From: Rhodospirillales bacterium
GTDB taxonomy: Bacteria > Pseudomonadota > Alphaproteobacteria > Rhodospirillales > UBA2165
Direction: 5' to 3'
Assembly: GCA_028823885.1 (NCBI GenBank)
Contig: JAPPFK010000051.1
Span: 1-59,090 of the forward strand
DNA length: 59,090 nt
The translations under genes were made by a program, and so were the position numbers. Positions 18,962-28,746 of this stretch are shown in pieces; within the stretch, counting starts at the first letter, position 1, and every line of letters begins with the position of its first letter. Under the pieces are notes generated by a model, which was not told the DNA's origin, searched no databases, and was given only the letters and a program-made list of their open reading frames with translations.

Positions 18962-20025
18962 TGCGGTTCGAACCAAAGGGCCTCACGCTGAATGTAGAGG
19001 GCAAGGCCACCCCGGGCTTCACGCTCTTCTCGCCGCTCTATCGCCACGATACCTACCTCATCGATCTCGAGGGTGAGATCGTCCATCAGTGGCGCCACTC
19101 GGATCGAATTGGGAGCTACGCACGTTTGCTTCCCAATGGAAATCTCTTGTCGTCATTGGACGGCGGGGCGACGCCCGAGGGAATATTGCCGCGCGGCGGC
19201 ATCATTCGAGAGGTCGATTGGGACGGCAACGTGGTCTGGGAACGTCGCGACGACCTGCAGCACCATGACATGCGCCGGCTGCCGAACGGCAACACCGTTT
19301 ATCTCGCGTGGGAGCTGTTGAGCGAGGAAAATGCATCACGAGTCCGTGGCGGCGTCCCGGGATCCGAACACCCGGACGGCATATATGGCGAGTTGGTGCG
19401 CGAGGTGTCTCCGGAAGGTGATCTCGTCTGGGAATGGCGGGCGCAGGAACACATGGTGATCGAGGATTGGCCCATCCCGCCAGTGCTGCCTCGCGCCGAA
19501 TGGGGTCACTCGAACGCCGTCGTTCCGGTCGGTGAGGACGGCTACCTGGTCGGCTTTCGGGATTTCAATCTCCTGGCGGTCATCGACAAGAAGACCAACG
19601 GCCTCTCGTGGCAGCTCCGCAACCTGGAATGGGGGCTGCCCCACGATCCGCATTTTCTGGACAACGGCAATCTCATGCTGTTTGCCAATCGGGTCGGCCA
19701 AATGCCGCTGGGATCAAAAGTCCTGGAGATGAACCCGGACGATGGATCCGTCATCTGGGAATATTCCGCGCGGCCCCATCACAGCTTCTCCAGCCCGTTT
19801 ATCTCGGGCTCCCAGCGTCTGGCGAGCGGCAACACGCTGATTTGTGAAGGTCTTTGGGGCTGTATCTTCGAAGTGACGCCCGGCGGCGAAATTGTTTGGG
19901 AGTACGTCAATCCCTTTACCGCGGAATGGAACGAGGGCCCGTTGCTGGGCCCTGTGGGCGCCCTGTTCCGCGCCTATCGATATGCCGGAGATTCTCCGGA
20001 GATCGGCGGCCGGCTGGGGGCATAA
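18961..20025 (+). CDS. Arylsulfotransferase (ASST)-like beta-propeller protein, paralogue 1, no signal peptide
   Basis: Its ATG overlaps the ACAD stop (TGATG). Repeated LPNGN/DNGN/ASGN and DWDG..VWE propeller-like motifs, with conserved His clusters (QHHD, HSN, HDPH). Confidence 0.7.
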   Translation: MRFEPKGLTLNVEGKATPGFTLFSPLYRHDTYLIDLEGEIVHQWRHSDRIGSYARLLPNGNLLSSLDGGATPEGILPRGGIIREVDWDGNVVWERRDDLQHHDMRRLPNGNTVYLAWELLSEENASRVRGGVPGSEHPDGIYGELVREVSPEGDLVWEWRAQEHMVIEDWPIPPVLPRAEWGHSNAVVPVGEDGYLVGFRDFNLLAVIDKKTNGLSWQLRNLEWGLPHDPHFLDNGNLMLFANRVGQMPLGSKVLEMNPDDGSVIWEYSARPHHSFSSPFISGSQRLASGNTLICEGLWGCIFEVTPGGEIVWEYVNPFTAEWNEGPLLGPVGALFRAYRYAGDSPEIGGRLGA

Positions 20026-20040
20026 CCGTGTCAATCCCGG

Positions 20041-22422
20041 CTACTCGGCGGCGTCCTTCTTGGCCGCGCCCCAGTATTGCCACTGGCTGGGCGGCTTTGC
20101 CGCCTCGCGCAATTCAGCCAGGGCCTGGTTGTCCCGCTCGGCCACGGTCTCGGCCTGGGGTTTGGCGCTCAAATACTGGTTGGGCCAGACCTGGTCCTTG
20201 TAGCCGTAGTGGGCTGCGGCCTTCAGCGTAAAGTGCGGATCGAGGAGGTGCGGGCGGGCCAGGGCACAGATGTCCGCCCGGCCCGAGGCGACGATAGTGT
20301 TGATTTGATCCGCGGACGTGATGTTGCCGACCGCGATGGTCGGCACCTCGGCCTCCAAACGAACCTGCTCCGAAAACGGGACCTGGAACATGCGGCCATA
20401 GACCGGTTCGGCGTCCGTCGAGGTCTGCCCGGCCGAAACGTCGATGATGTCCGCGCCGTCGGCCTTGAGCATCTTCGCCACTTCAACGGCATCATCTCCG
20501 GTGAGGCCGCCGTCCTCGACCCAATCGGTGGCCGAGATACGGACCGCGACGGGTTTTTCCGCCGGCCATGCCTCGCGCACGGCACGAAGCACCTCCAGCG
20601 GGAACTTCATCCGGTTCTCGAGCGACCCGCCATATTCGTCGGTCCGTACGTTGGAGAGCGGCGAGATGAAGCTGGACAGCAGGTAGCCGTGGGCCATGTG
20701 AATTTCGAGCATGTCGAACCCGGCCTGCTCCGCCATCTCGGCCGCGCGGGCAAAGTCGTCCCGGACCTTGTCCATATCGGCCCGGTCCATCTCCTTCGGC
20801 ACCTGATTGCCCGGCTGATAGGCCCGGTCCGAGGCCGAAATGATGTCCCAGTTGCCCTCGTCGAGGGGCTCGTTGTCCCCCTCCCATGAAAGTTTGGTCG
20901 ACCCCTTCTGGCCCGCATGGGCCAGCTGAATGCAAATCCTGGCCCGGCTGTTGCCGTGGACGAAATCGACGATCCGCTTCCAGGCGTCCACATGTTCCGC
21001 CTTGTACATGCCGGCGCAACCGGGGCTGATGCGGCCTTCCCGGGAAACATCGGTCATCTCGGTGTAGACGAGCCCGGCGCCGCCGACGGCGAACCCGCCA
21101 AGATGCACGAGATGCCAGTCGGTGACCGTCCCGTCGTCCGCCGAGTACTGGCACATGGGCGAGACCATCACCCGGTTTTCCACCACCATGTTGCCGATTC
21201 GGAACGGCGTGAACATGGGCGGCGGCGGATCGTTGTGGGGCACGTCGAAGCCCTGCTTGCGGACGATTTCGGCGAACCACCGGTCCACGTCGGCGCCGTA
21301 GGCCGGATCCCGCATTTTCAGGTTCTCGTAGGTGACGCTCTTGGAGCGGGTCAGGAACGAAAAGGCGTACTGCGGCGGATCGAAGACGTTGAAGCGCCGC
21401 GCGTTTTCGTACCATTGCAGGCTGACCAGCGCCGTGTGCTGCAGCATGCCCACCTCGTCCTTGCGCGCATTCTCGAAAGCCTGGAGGCCGGCCTTCACAT
21501 CCCTGCCGTGCCCGGTAATGGCGTCGGCCAGCGCGATGGCGTCCTCCATGGCGATCTTGGTGCCGGACCCGATGGAGAACTGAGCGGTGTGGCAGGCGTC
21601 GCCGATCAGCACGACGTTGTCGAAGTGCCAGTTCTCATTGTAGACGGCAGGAAAGTTGCGCCAGATGGACCGGTTGGCGATCATCGGATGACCTTCCAGC
21701 TCCTCTTCGAACATCTCCTCGTAGTAGGCGACCGTCTCCTCCTCGGTCATTTTGTCGAAGCCGGCGTTCTTCCAGGTGTCTTCGTGACATTCGAGAATCC
21801 AGGTGGCGCCCTGGTCGCCGAACTGGTTCTTGCCCATGCGGTAGGCGTGCAGATAGTGCCAGCCGTGTTCGTTCTCGCGGAAGATGAACGTGAACGCGTC
21901 GAACACATGGGTGGTCCCGAGCCAGACGAACTTGGTCTTCCGATAGTCGATGGTCGGGTTGAACCGGTCCTTGTAGGTTTCCCGGACCCAGCTGTTCACC
22001 CCGTCCGACCCCAGGATGAGGTCGCAGTCGGCGAACTGATCCAGATTGTCGACTTCGTACTCGTATTTGATGGCGACGCCGAGTTCCGTCGCCCGCGCCT
22101 GCAGGAGATTCAACAGCTGGATGCGCGAGATACCGCAAAAACCGTGGCCGCCGGACCGAATACGCTGATCCCGGTAGCGGACCTCGATTTCGTCCCAATA
22201 GCCGAAGGCCTCGGTGATGGCTTCGTGGGTCTTTTCGTCCCGCCCCATGAAGCCCTTGAGGGTTTCATCGGAGAACACGACCGCGAATCCAAACGTATCG
22301 TCGGCACGATTGCGCTCGTAGACCGTGATGTCGTGCGCCGGATTCTCCTTTTTCATCAGGATGGAGAAAAAGAGACCGCCCGGCCCCCCACCAATGACGG
22401 CGATTTTCAGCGGATCAGACAT
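20041..22422 (-). CDS. Bifunctional FAD-monooxygenase/OYE-type reductase (salicylyl-CoA 5-hydroxylase or 2-aminobenzoyl-CoA monooxygenase-reductase-like)
   Basis: 793 aa. The N-terminus [15 protein letters not shown] has an FAD fold. The C-terminal half is an old-yellow-enzyme-type domain ([34 protein letters not shown]). Confidence 0.85.
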   Translation of the reverse strand: MSDPLKIAVIGGGPGGLFFSILMKKENPAHDITVYERNRADDTFGFAVVFSDETLKGFMGRDEKTHEAITEAFGYWDEIEVRYRDQRIRSGGHGFCGISRIQLLNLLQARATELGVAIKYEYEVDNLDQFADCDLILGSDGVNSWVRETYKDRFNPTIDYRKTKFVWLGTTHVFDAFTFIFRENEHGWHYLHAYRMGKNQFGDQGATWILECHEDTWKNAGFDKMTEEETVAYYEEMFEEELEGHPMIANRSIWRNFPAVYNENWHFDNVVLIGDACHTAQFSIGSGTKIAMEDAIALADAITGHGRDVKAGLQAFENARKDEVGMLQHTALVSLQWYENARRFNVFDPPQYAFSFLTRSKSVTYENLKMRDPAYGADVDRWFAEIVRKQGFDVPHNDPPPPMFTPFRIGNMVVENRVMVSPMCQYSADDGTVTDWHLVHLGGFAVGGAGLVYTEMTDVSREGRISPGCAGMYKAEHVDAWKRIVDFVHGNSRARICIQLAHAGQKGSTKLSWEGDNEPLDEGNWDIISASDRAYQPGNQVPKEMDRADMDKVRDDFARAAEMAEQAGFDMLEIHMAHGYLLSSFISPLSNVRTDEYGGSLENRMKFPLEVLRAVREAWPAEKPVAVRISATDWVEDGGLTGDDAVEVAKMLKADGADIIDVSAGQTSTDAEPVYGRMFQVPFSEQVRLEAEVPTIAVGNITSADQINTIVASGRADICALARPHLLDPHFTLKAAAHYGYKDQVWPNQYLSAKPQAETVAERDNQALAELREAAKPPSQWQYWGAAKKDAAE

Positions 22423-22625
22423 TTTGTTTCCTCTGGCCGTTTCCTCGGGCCGTCCCTACTGAAACGCCAATTCGGGGGTAATTCAAGCCCGGGAACCGAG
22501 AGCCGATCCCGGCGCCGCGGGGTCGGTCCGCAATAGATGCCTGCTCAAATCCGAATGATCACGGGCTTTCAGCCACGCCCATTTTGGCGCTACAATCCGA
22601 CCAACTCGTAACCGGGAGCGGACCC

Positions 22626-23330
22626 ATGCACAAATGCGAAGTTCCAGCCTACGCCGTCGAGGGCGCGAAGCGCCGCCGCGGGCGTCAACACCTGTTCGAA
22701 ACCATCGACAGCGCCCGGACGGCGCTGGTGGTCGTCGATATGCAGAATGTGTTTCTCGAAGAAGGGGCGCCCATCGAAGTGCCCTATGCCCGGGAAATCG
22801 TTCCCGGCATCAATGAGTTGGCCGCGGCGACCCGGGAGAGCGGCGGTACGGTGGTTTGGGTGCAGATGACCCAGACCGAAGCCTGTCTGGACGACTGGTC
22901 GGTGTTTTTTGAAGGGGACTTCAAGAAAGACCGCCAGGACACGACATTGAACTGGTTGACGGATGGCGATCATGGCCACGAGGTTTGGGATGACCTGGAT
23001 ACCCGGGATGGCGACCTCTACGTCCGGAAGAGCCGCTACAGCGCGTTTTTGCCCGGGTCCTCGGACATCGAGGATCGCCTGCGCGAGCGCGGGATCGACA
23101 CGGTCATCATTGTCGGGACGCTCACCAATGTGTGCTGCGAGTGCTCCGCGCGGGACGCCATGATGCGGAACTTCAAGGTGATTTTCGTCGCCGATGCCAA
23201 CGCGACGCGTACCGACGAGGAGCACAACGCAACCCTCGGCATGATGGCGCAGATATTCGGCGATGTCCGGTTTACCGACGAAACCGTGCAGTTGCTGAGA
23301 GACGGCGCCAAACGCGAAGCGGCGGAATAA
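22626..23330 (+). CDS. Isochorismatase-family (cysteine) hydrolase
   Basis: TALVVVDMQNVF...IVGTLTNVCCECSARDA is the isochorismatase/amidase catalytic Cys motif. The ATG follows GGGAG. Confidence 0.85.
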   Translation: MHKCEVPAYAVEGAKRRRGRQHLFETIDSARTALVVVDMQNVFLEEGAPIEVPYAREIVPGINELAAATRESGGTVVWVQMTQTEACLDDWSVFFEGDFKKDRQDTTLNWLTDGDHGHEVWDDLDTRDGDLYVRKSRYSAFLPGSSDIEDRLRERGIDTVIIVGTLTNVCCECSARDAMMRNFKVIFVADANATRTDEEHNATLGMMAQIFGDVRFTDETVQLLRDGAKREAAE

Positions 23331-23431
23331 CAAACGCCGTCGAGGTTCGGACAACCGAAAATTGTGTTGCCGCCCCATAGGGCAAAAAAATATAACCAGC
23401 ACGGGTCAAGCCCTGGGGAGAAAGGTGGGCG

Positions 23432-24073
23432 GTGAAGCGATTTGTTCTAACTCTTGCCGTAATATTCGTGGCGTGGGGCGGTTCTCCGGCAGTCGCCGAA
23501 ACCTCGCCTGACAAAGCAAAGGCGTTTATCAGCGGTATAAGCGGCCAGGCGCTCAAGGTGCTTCGGGCCGACGGTGTACCGCTCAGCGGCAAGGAAGAGC
23601 AGGTTCGCTCGCTGCTTGCCCAAAACATCGATGTCGATCAGATCGGGCGTTTTGTCCTCGGGCGGGCGTGGCGGAACGCTTCGGCGGAACATCAGAACCA
23701 GTTTCAGACATTGTTCCGCGAATTCGTCCTCCGAATCTATTCCAGGCGGCTTGGCGCTTACACCGGCGAGACCTTTGAAATCGTCGGTGCGCGATCGGTG
23801 GGCAAACGGGATGTGCTGGTGAGCACGCGTATATCCAGAACGAGCGGCCCGCCGATCGAGGTAGGCTGGAGGGTCCGAAACGGGCCGAAGGGTCACAAGA
23901 TTTTGGACGTCGTGATCTCCGGCGTCAGCATGGCGGTCACCCAGCGTTCCGAGTTTCGCTCCGTGCTGAGCAAACAGGGGATGGAGGGATTAATCCAATT
24001 GCTGCGGGTTCAGGTGAGTAAGCTTGCCGCGGCCTCACGCCCCACTTCGGGCGCCTCGTCTGCCGCGAAATAG
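23432..24073 (+). CDS. MlaC/Ttg2D-family periplasmic lipid-binding protein (orphan)
   Basis: GTG start after GGGGAGAAAGG and a signal peptide. FVLGRAWRNAS..QF..LFREFVLRIYS is typical of the family. No MlaDEF genes are adjacent. Confidence 0.7.
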   Translation: MKRFVLTLAVIFVAWGGSPAVAETSPDKAKAFISGISGQALKVLRADGVPLSGKEEQVRSLLAQNIDVDQIGRFVLGRAWRNASAEHQNQFQTLFREFVLRIYSRRLGAYTGETFEIVGARSVGKRDVLVSTRISRTSGPPIEVGWRVRNGPKGHKILDVVISGVSMAVTQRSEFRSVLSKQGMEGLIQLLRVQVSKLAAASRPTSGASSAAK

Positions 24074-24142
24074 CTGGTCAGACCTTCGCCCCCGGCCGGG
24101 AGCTCGGCACCTTCGACAGCGGGGCCAACATGGCGCTCTGCC

Positions 24143-26107
24143 TCAGCGCAACCCGCTGTTCGCCGGCCACATCCTGCCCTCTCGCCAATGGATGTAGATG
24201 ACCGCTATTCCCGCCAGCAATGCCGGGATCTGGACTTGCCAAAGAGTTACGAGCATCAACATCGCCAGTACGAGGCGCAAGGCGACCATCCATGACGTCA
24301 GGCGAACCCGGTCGAAGCCGCTTAACGCGGTGCTGATGAGCCAGATGGCGATCAGCAGGCGGACGATGATCCAGGCGAATTCGGCCATGTCGAACCGCTC
24401 GACCAGCAACAGCGAGGGGTAGTAGGCGAAGACAAACGGGATGATGAACTTCGCGGCACCGAGCCGGATGGACATCAGCGCCGTGGTGATTGGATTGGCG
24501 CCGGCGATCGGCGCCGCCGCGTAGGCAGCGATGGCGACCGGCGGCGTGAGTGACGAGGCAACGCCGTAGTAGAAGACGAAAAGGTGCACGGTGAGCGTGC
24601 TGAGACCGAGCAGCTTGATCGCCGGCCCCATGATCAGGATGATGATCAGGTAGGCCGGCAAGGTCGGCATGCCCATGCCCAGGATCAGCGCGCCGCCCAT
24701 CGCAACGAGCAACGAGAGGAACAGGTCCTGACTGCCGAGATGTTCGATCAGACCGGCGAACTTCAGGCCCAGTCCGGTCGTATCGAGCACGGCGACGATG
24801 AGGCCGATAGCGGCGACGGAGATCATCAGTTCGGCGCAGGTTATGGCACCCTTGATCATGCTCCTGATCAGCCGGAAGGGATCGCGCCGGATTTTCGGGT
24901 TGATGAAACTGACCACCGACAGAACGATCAGAGCGATGAAGCCCGCCATCGCCGGCGAAAAGCCCACCACCAAGGCCAGGACCACCGCCAGCACCGGCCC
25001 GACGAACATGACCGAACGCCAGTAGTCGGCCGCTTCCAGCTCGTAGGCGCCGGGATCGGTGATTGGTTCGATCCCCTGTCGCCGCGCCTCGACGGTCACG
25101 CCGATGAAGAGGCTGACATAGTAGAAGATCGCAGGCAGCAGCGCGGCGGCGATTACGAACAGGTAGGAGACACCGGCGATATCCGCCATCACCAACGCCG
25201 CCGCCCCCATGATCGGCGGCATGATCTGGCCGCCACTGGAAGCGGTCGCCTCGATGCCGCCGGCAAAGGCCGGGCTGAATCCGCGGCTCTTGATCAGCGG
25301 AATCGTGAAAGTCCCGGTTCCGACGATGTTGGCGACTGTGCTGCCGGACATCGTGCCGAACATGCTGGAGGCGACGATGGCTGCGTGGGCCGGCCCGCCT
25401 CGGGTGCGCCGGGTCGCACGGAACGAAAATTTGAGCAGCGTCTCGCCGGCGCCCGTCCCTTCAAGCATGACGCCGAAAAGGATGAAGACCAGCACGATGT
25501 TGATCACGATATTGGTGATCGTGCCGAACACGCCCTTGTTGAGATTGAACCAGATATTCTCGGCGAGCTGGTCCGGCGAAAATCCCGAATGGCCGAGGAT
25601 TCCGGGCAAGCCTGCACCGAAGATGATATAGAGGCAGCAGATTGCACTGACCAGGAACAGCGTCCAGCCCCAGACGCGGCGCGTCAGTTCCAGCAAGACT
25701 GCGACACCGACCGCCGTTGCGATCACGTCGACATCGCCCAGTTCATGGATCGTATTTTCCATGACCGTCTGGACGACCGTGAAGTGCCAGATCGACCACA
25801 CGGCTCCGACGATCAGGGCGACGTCAATGACGGCGCGGGCGATCCTGGCGATACGCGACTGCGGCAACCTGCCCCTCGGCGTGTAGGCAAGGAAAATGAC
25901 CAGAACGATCGAGGCGAGGATGATCCCGGCTCGTTGCTCAATCGGATAAAACAGGCCAAAGCCCGTGGCGTAGAGGGTCTCGGCCGCGATGCCGAAGCCG
26001 ATAAGGGAGACGAGAAGGGCAGCTATCCGCTGAGCGTTCCCCTTCGGCGCACCCCCTGAGGCCTGATCAACAGGTGCCATCGGCCCGATACCATCGCCAG
26101 CGATCAT
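24143..26107 (-). CDS. TRAP transporter fused permease (TAXI-associated type)
   Basis: A 654-aa polytopic membrane protein located downstream of a TAXI-type binding-protein gene. Confidence 0.8.
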   Translation of the reverse strand: MIAGDGIGPMAPVDQASGGAPKGNAQRIAALLVSLIGFGIAAETLYATGFGLFYPIEQRAGIILASIVLVIFLAYTPRGRLPQSRIARIARAVIDVALIVGAVWSIWHFTVVQTVMENTIHELGDVDVIATAVGVAVLLELTRRVWGWTLFLVSAICCLYIIFGAGLPGILGHSGFSPDQLAENIWFNLNKGVFGTITNIVINIVLVFILFGVMLEGTGAGETLLKFSFRATRRTRGGPAHAAIVASSMFGTMSGSTVANIVGTGTFTIPLIKSRGFSPAFAGGIEATASSGGQIMPPIMGAAALVMADIAGVSYLFVIAAALLPAIFYYVSLFIGVTVEARRQGIEPITDPGAYELEAADYWRSVMFVGPVLAVVLALVVGFSPAMAGFIALIVLSVVSFINPKIRRDPFRLIRSMIKGAITCAELMISVAAIGLIVAVLDTTGLGLKFAGLIEHLGSQDLFLSLLVAMGGALILGMGMPTLPAYLIIILIMGPAIKLLGLSTLTVHLFVFYYGVASSLTPPVAIAAYAAAPIAGANPITTALMSIRLGAAKFIIPFVFAYYPSLLLVERFDMAEFAWIIVRLLIAIWLISTALSGFDRVRLTSWMVALRLVLAMLMLVTLWQVQIPALLAGIAVIYIHWREGRMWPANSGLR

Positions 26108-26169
26108 AAGACCGGCCGCCGGACGGGCGTACTATGGCACGTCCGGCGGCAAATCGGTTCAGCGGTCCG

Positions 26170-27195
26170 CTACTTCGCTTCCGGCGGGACGATATTCGCC
26201 GGAATGTCGAACCCGGCTTCCTTGTAGTAGCGATAGGCGCCGACGTGCAACGGGCCGGTGATTGCGGCGAGCGCCGTTTTCTTGTCCAGCGCTTCCATGT
26301 ATTTGGCCGTGGCGTGAACCTCCTTGAGATTTTCCCAGAAGGACTTGGTCGCCCTATACACCACGTCGGCGCTGACTTTTGCCTGGGTGCCGATGAAGAG
26401 GTAATAGCCCAGCACTTTGACCGGCTTGGTGTTCTTCTGGCCGCGGTAGGTATTTGGCTCTACCGTCGCAACGAGGTAGTCCGGCTCCTCCAGCATCTTC
26501 TGGAGCAGTACGTTCTTCCACCCCGCGTCCGGAATGGTGATCAACTGGAAGCTGTTGTTCAGGCCGAATTGTTGGATTAACGCCGATCCCACGTCAGCAG
26601 GGCGGAAAAGGACATCGACCTTCTTGTCCCGCATCGCCTGAATGCCTTCGCCCCAGTTAAGGACAACACCCTGGTAATCCTTGTCGGCGTCATAGCCGGC
26701 AACAGCCTTAATGATGGTCTTGGCCTCCCAGGTCGCTGCGCCGGCGGGCGGGCCGAGGAAGATTTTCTTGCCCTTGAAGTCCTTCATGCTGGTGATGCCG
26801 GAGTTGGCGAAGACCAGCACATGGGTTACGCCTGCGGGATAGGAGAAGATGAACCGGATGTTCTTCGCCGCCGCCGGAGCCGCTTTTACGCCCTTGTACA
26901 TGGCGACGGCCTTCGACATCGGCACATAGAAGGCCGGCACGCCGGTGTAGAAATGGATCTTGCCCTGTCCCGCCGAGAGCATGGACCGGGTCAGCGTCTT
27001 GCCGGCATTGACCTGGATGTTGATGCCTTCTCGCCCGGCCATTTTGGCGAAGGTCACCAACATGCTGTGCGCGGAGCCGCCCGGCGCCGCGGTTTCCGAC
27101 TGATAGATCGTTTGCGCCTGCGCGCCGGCGAGCGCGAGGCCCATAACCGCGATGGCGCCGATTCCGCACTTCGCCCAATACACCGACTTGTTCAT
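26170..27195 (-). CDS. TAXI-family TRAP transporter solute-binding protein
   Basis: Start MNKSVYWAKCGIGAIAVMGLALAGAQA (signal peptide). Periplasmic-binding-protein-like sequence, upstream of the fused permease. Confidence 0.7.
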   Translation of the reverse strand: MNKSVYWAKCGIGAIAVMGLALAGAQAQTIYQSETAAPGGSAHSMLVTFAKMAGREGINIQVNAGKTLTRSMLSAGQGKIHFYTGVPAFYVPMSKAVAMYKGVKAAPAAAKNIRFIFSYPAGVTHVLVFANSGITSMKDFKGKKIFLGPPAGAATWEAKTIIKAVAGYDADKDYQGVVLNWGEGIQAMRDKKVDVLFRPADVGSALIQQFGLNNSFQLITIPDAGWKNVLLQKMLEEPDYLVATVEPNTYRGQKNTKPVKVLGYYLFIGTQAKVSADVVYRATKSFWENLKEVHATAKYMEALDKKTALAAITGPLHVGAYRYYKEAGFDIPANIVPPEAK

Positions 27196-27470
27196 GGCGA
27201 CATTTCCTCCTGTCACTGGGTTTGCTCGGTTCGTCCCTTCGACTCCGCCACGCAGGTTGCGCCCGGATCGAATTGTTCGGCGCCGCGACGATCGTCCCTG
27301 CCTCCCGATCGTTTCTCATCTCCGGCGCGGAATTTTATGTCTGATAGTATATGAACAATTTTCAAGTTATCGAAAAAAAGTACTTTGTTCGTCTGAAAAA
27401 GCTTTCGCAAAAGGTGCCGACCTGCACGCACGCCCTCTCCAGCGACCTCGGCGCTGTCACCGCCTGGCCC

Positions 27471-27512
27471 GCCGCCGGGCTTCTTCCCGGGCGGCTTCTT
27501 CTTTTTCTTCTC
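27471..27512 (+). terminator. Intrinsic-terminator-like hairpin oriented on the plus strand
   Basis: GCCGCCGGG / CCCGGGCGGC stem (one bulge) with loop CTTCTT, followed by TTCTTCTTTTTCTTCT. No annotated plus-strand gene ends here. Confidence 0.35.
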
Positions 27513-27567
27513 GGCGCTCGGTTTCCGCTTGGTTTATTTGCCGGGGAACCCAATTCAACATAGCCGG

Positions 27568-28494
27568 TCAGACCTTCGGCCCCGGCGCCACGCCGCTGAC
27601 ATCCGCCAAAGCCGCCTGAACCGCGGCCTGATCGGAAAACGGCTCGCCGACAATCGGCCAGCGGTTGACCAGAGGGCGCATGAAGTCCGGGTGGTACACG
27701 CTCCTGGCTTCCTGGGTCATCTCGAGGATGGTATCGCCGTTCTCGGGATCGAAAATTTCCGAAAAGAAGAACACCTGGCCGAGGCCGTTGCCGTCCATGC
27801 AGCCCTGTTCGGCGACCGCATCCCGGATCTGGTTGTAGCGGCTGACGTAATAAGCCATGTGGAACCGATAGAGATCGTAGTCCTTGAGTTTGCGTTCCCG
27901 GAACCGGGCATATTGAAAGGGCCCCATGGTCACCACCGCCGTCCGCTCTCCCTTGATGGACCGCATGGCAACCGGCGCATCCATGAGCCGGCTGAAAAAT
28001 CCGCCGATCGGCGCCGCCAGCCCCGGTTCCACGGGAACGTCCACGTAGTTCATGCCGAGGGGCTTGAGGAATGGGACGGTCCCCGCCTTTTGCAGCCGGA
28101 GCTTCAAGCCCCAAGGCGCGGTGACGACCGGAGTCCTTCCCTCCATTTTCCAGGCGTACCGGGTGCCCTTGAATTTGCCGTCCCGCTTCAGCTGATCGAG
28201 CCTGGCCTTCATCGCCTTGAATTCCGGCACCACCAGTCCGATCTCGCCGTAATAAGGCGGCGTCTCCATGCCTCGCCGCGGCAAATGGAATTGCTGCAGG
28301 CCTATGTTGACCCCCATGTTCCGGTGATCGGTGCGCCTGTAGGGGTCGCGGGTCAATCCAAGGCCGGCCATGAAAAAAGTCGTGACGATATCGTGGTCCA
28401 GCACCTCGCAATTGAAATGTTCGAGATGCAGAATGCCCCCGACTTCCGGCAGCCGTTCTCTTCGGTCCGCGAGGCTTGGCGGCGTCTTGGCCAT
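27568..28494 (-). CDS. Hypothetical protein with a VOC (glyoxalase/extradiol-dioxygenase)-like N-terminal module
   Basis: Start MAKTPPSL at 28494. ILHLEHFNCEVLDHDIVTTFFMAGLGLTRDP...GVNIGLQQFHL fits the beta-alpha-beta-beta-beta VOC pattern. The rest is unrecognised, and the function is unknown. Confidence 0.6.
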   Translation of the reverse strand: MAKTPPSLADRRERLPEVGGILHLEHFNCEVLDHDIVTTFFMAGLGLTRDPYRRTDHRNMGVNIGLQQFHLPRRGMETPPYYGEIGLVVPEFKAMKARLDQLKRDGKFKGTRYAWKMEGRTPVVTAPWGLKLRLQKAGTVPFLKPLGMNYVDVPVEPGLAAPIGGFFSRLMDAPVAMRSIKGERTAVVTMGPFQYARFRERKLKDYDLYRFHMAYYVSRYNQIRDAVAEQGCMDGNGLGQVFFFSEIFDPENGDTILEMTQEARSVYHPDFMRPLVNRWPIVGEPFSDQAAVQAALADVSGVAPGPKV

Positions 28495-28637
28495 ATGGTC
28501 TTCCCTCTTGTGTTCCGGCCCCTTGTGGTCCGGCGCAGCATAGCCAATCAACCCGCTGCCCCCAAGAGGCGGGCGCGATGCCGTCCGATCGCCGCTGATC
28601 CCGCCGGCCACACACGAACGCCAAACCGCACGTCCGT

Positions 28638-28676
28638 TCCGGATTCAATTGCCGGAATCAATGGCCGGAATCAATG
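28638..28676. repeat. Three tandem 13-bp direct repeats (tCCGGAtTCAATt / GCCGGAATCAATG / GCCGGAATCAATG)
   Basis: Read directly from the sequence. Two copies are perfect and one is 10/13, in the divergent intergenic region between 28494 and 28747. Confidence 0.8.
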
Positions 28677-28746
28677 GCTTGACCCGCGGTTCGGGAGAAA
28701 TTCAAATTTCGTGACCAGATAGCGTGCGGTTTGGGAGGACCGATTG

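Noticed and set aside
24076-24100. A shared 3' tail GGTCAGACCTTCG(G/C)CCCCGGC at 24076 and 27565, with both minus-strand frames ending in ...PG(A/P)KV*. It could have been a repeated element.
   Set aside because: There are only about 20 matching bases, and exact 13-mers are expected by chance many times in 59 kb. One copy belongs to a doubtful 71-aa ORF overlapping the TRAP permease end. No flanking similarity is present.
27351-27563. A 70-aa plus-strand ORF in the intergenic region between the TAXI gene and the VOC-like gene.
   Set aside because: It has no ribosome-binding site, runs straight through a terminator-like hairpin and T-tract, and has a Leu/Gly/Ala-rich nonsense-like C-terminus. 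The region is reported only as a possible non-coding RNA or terminator.
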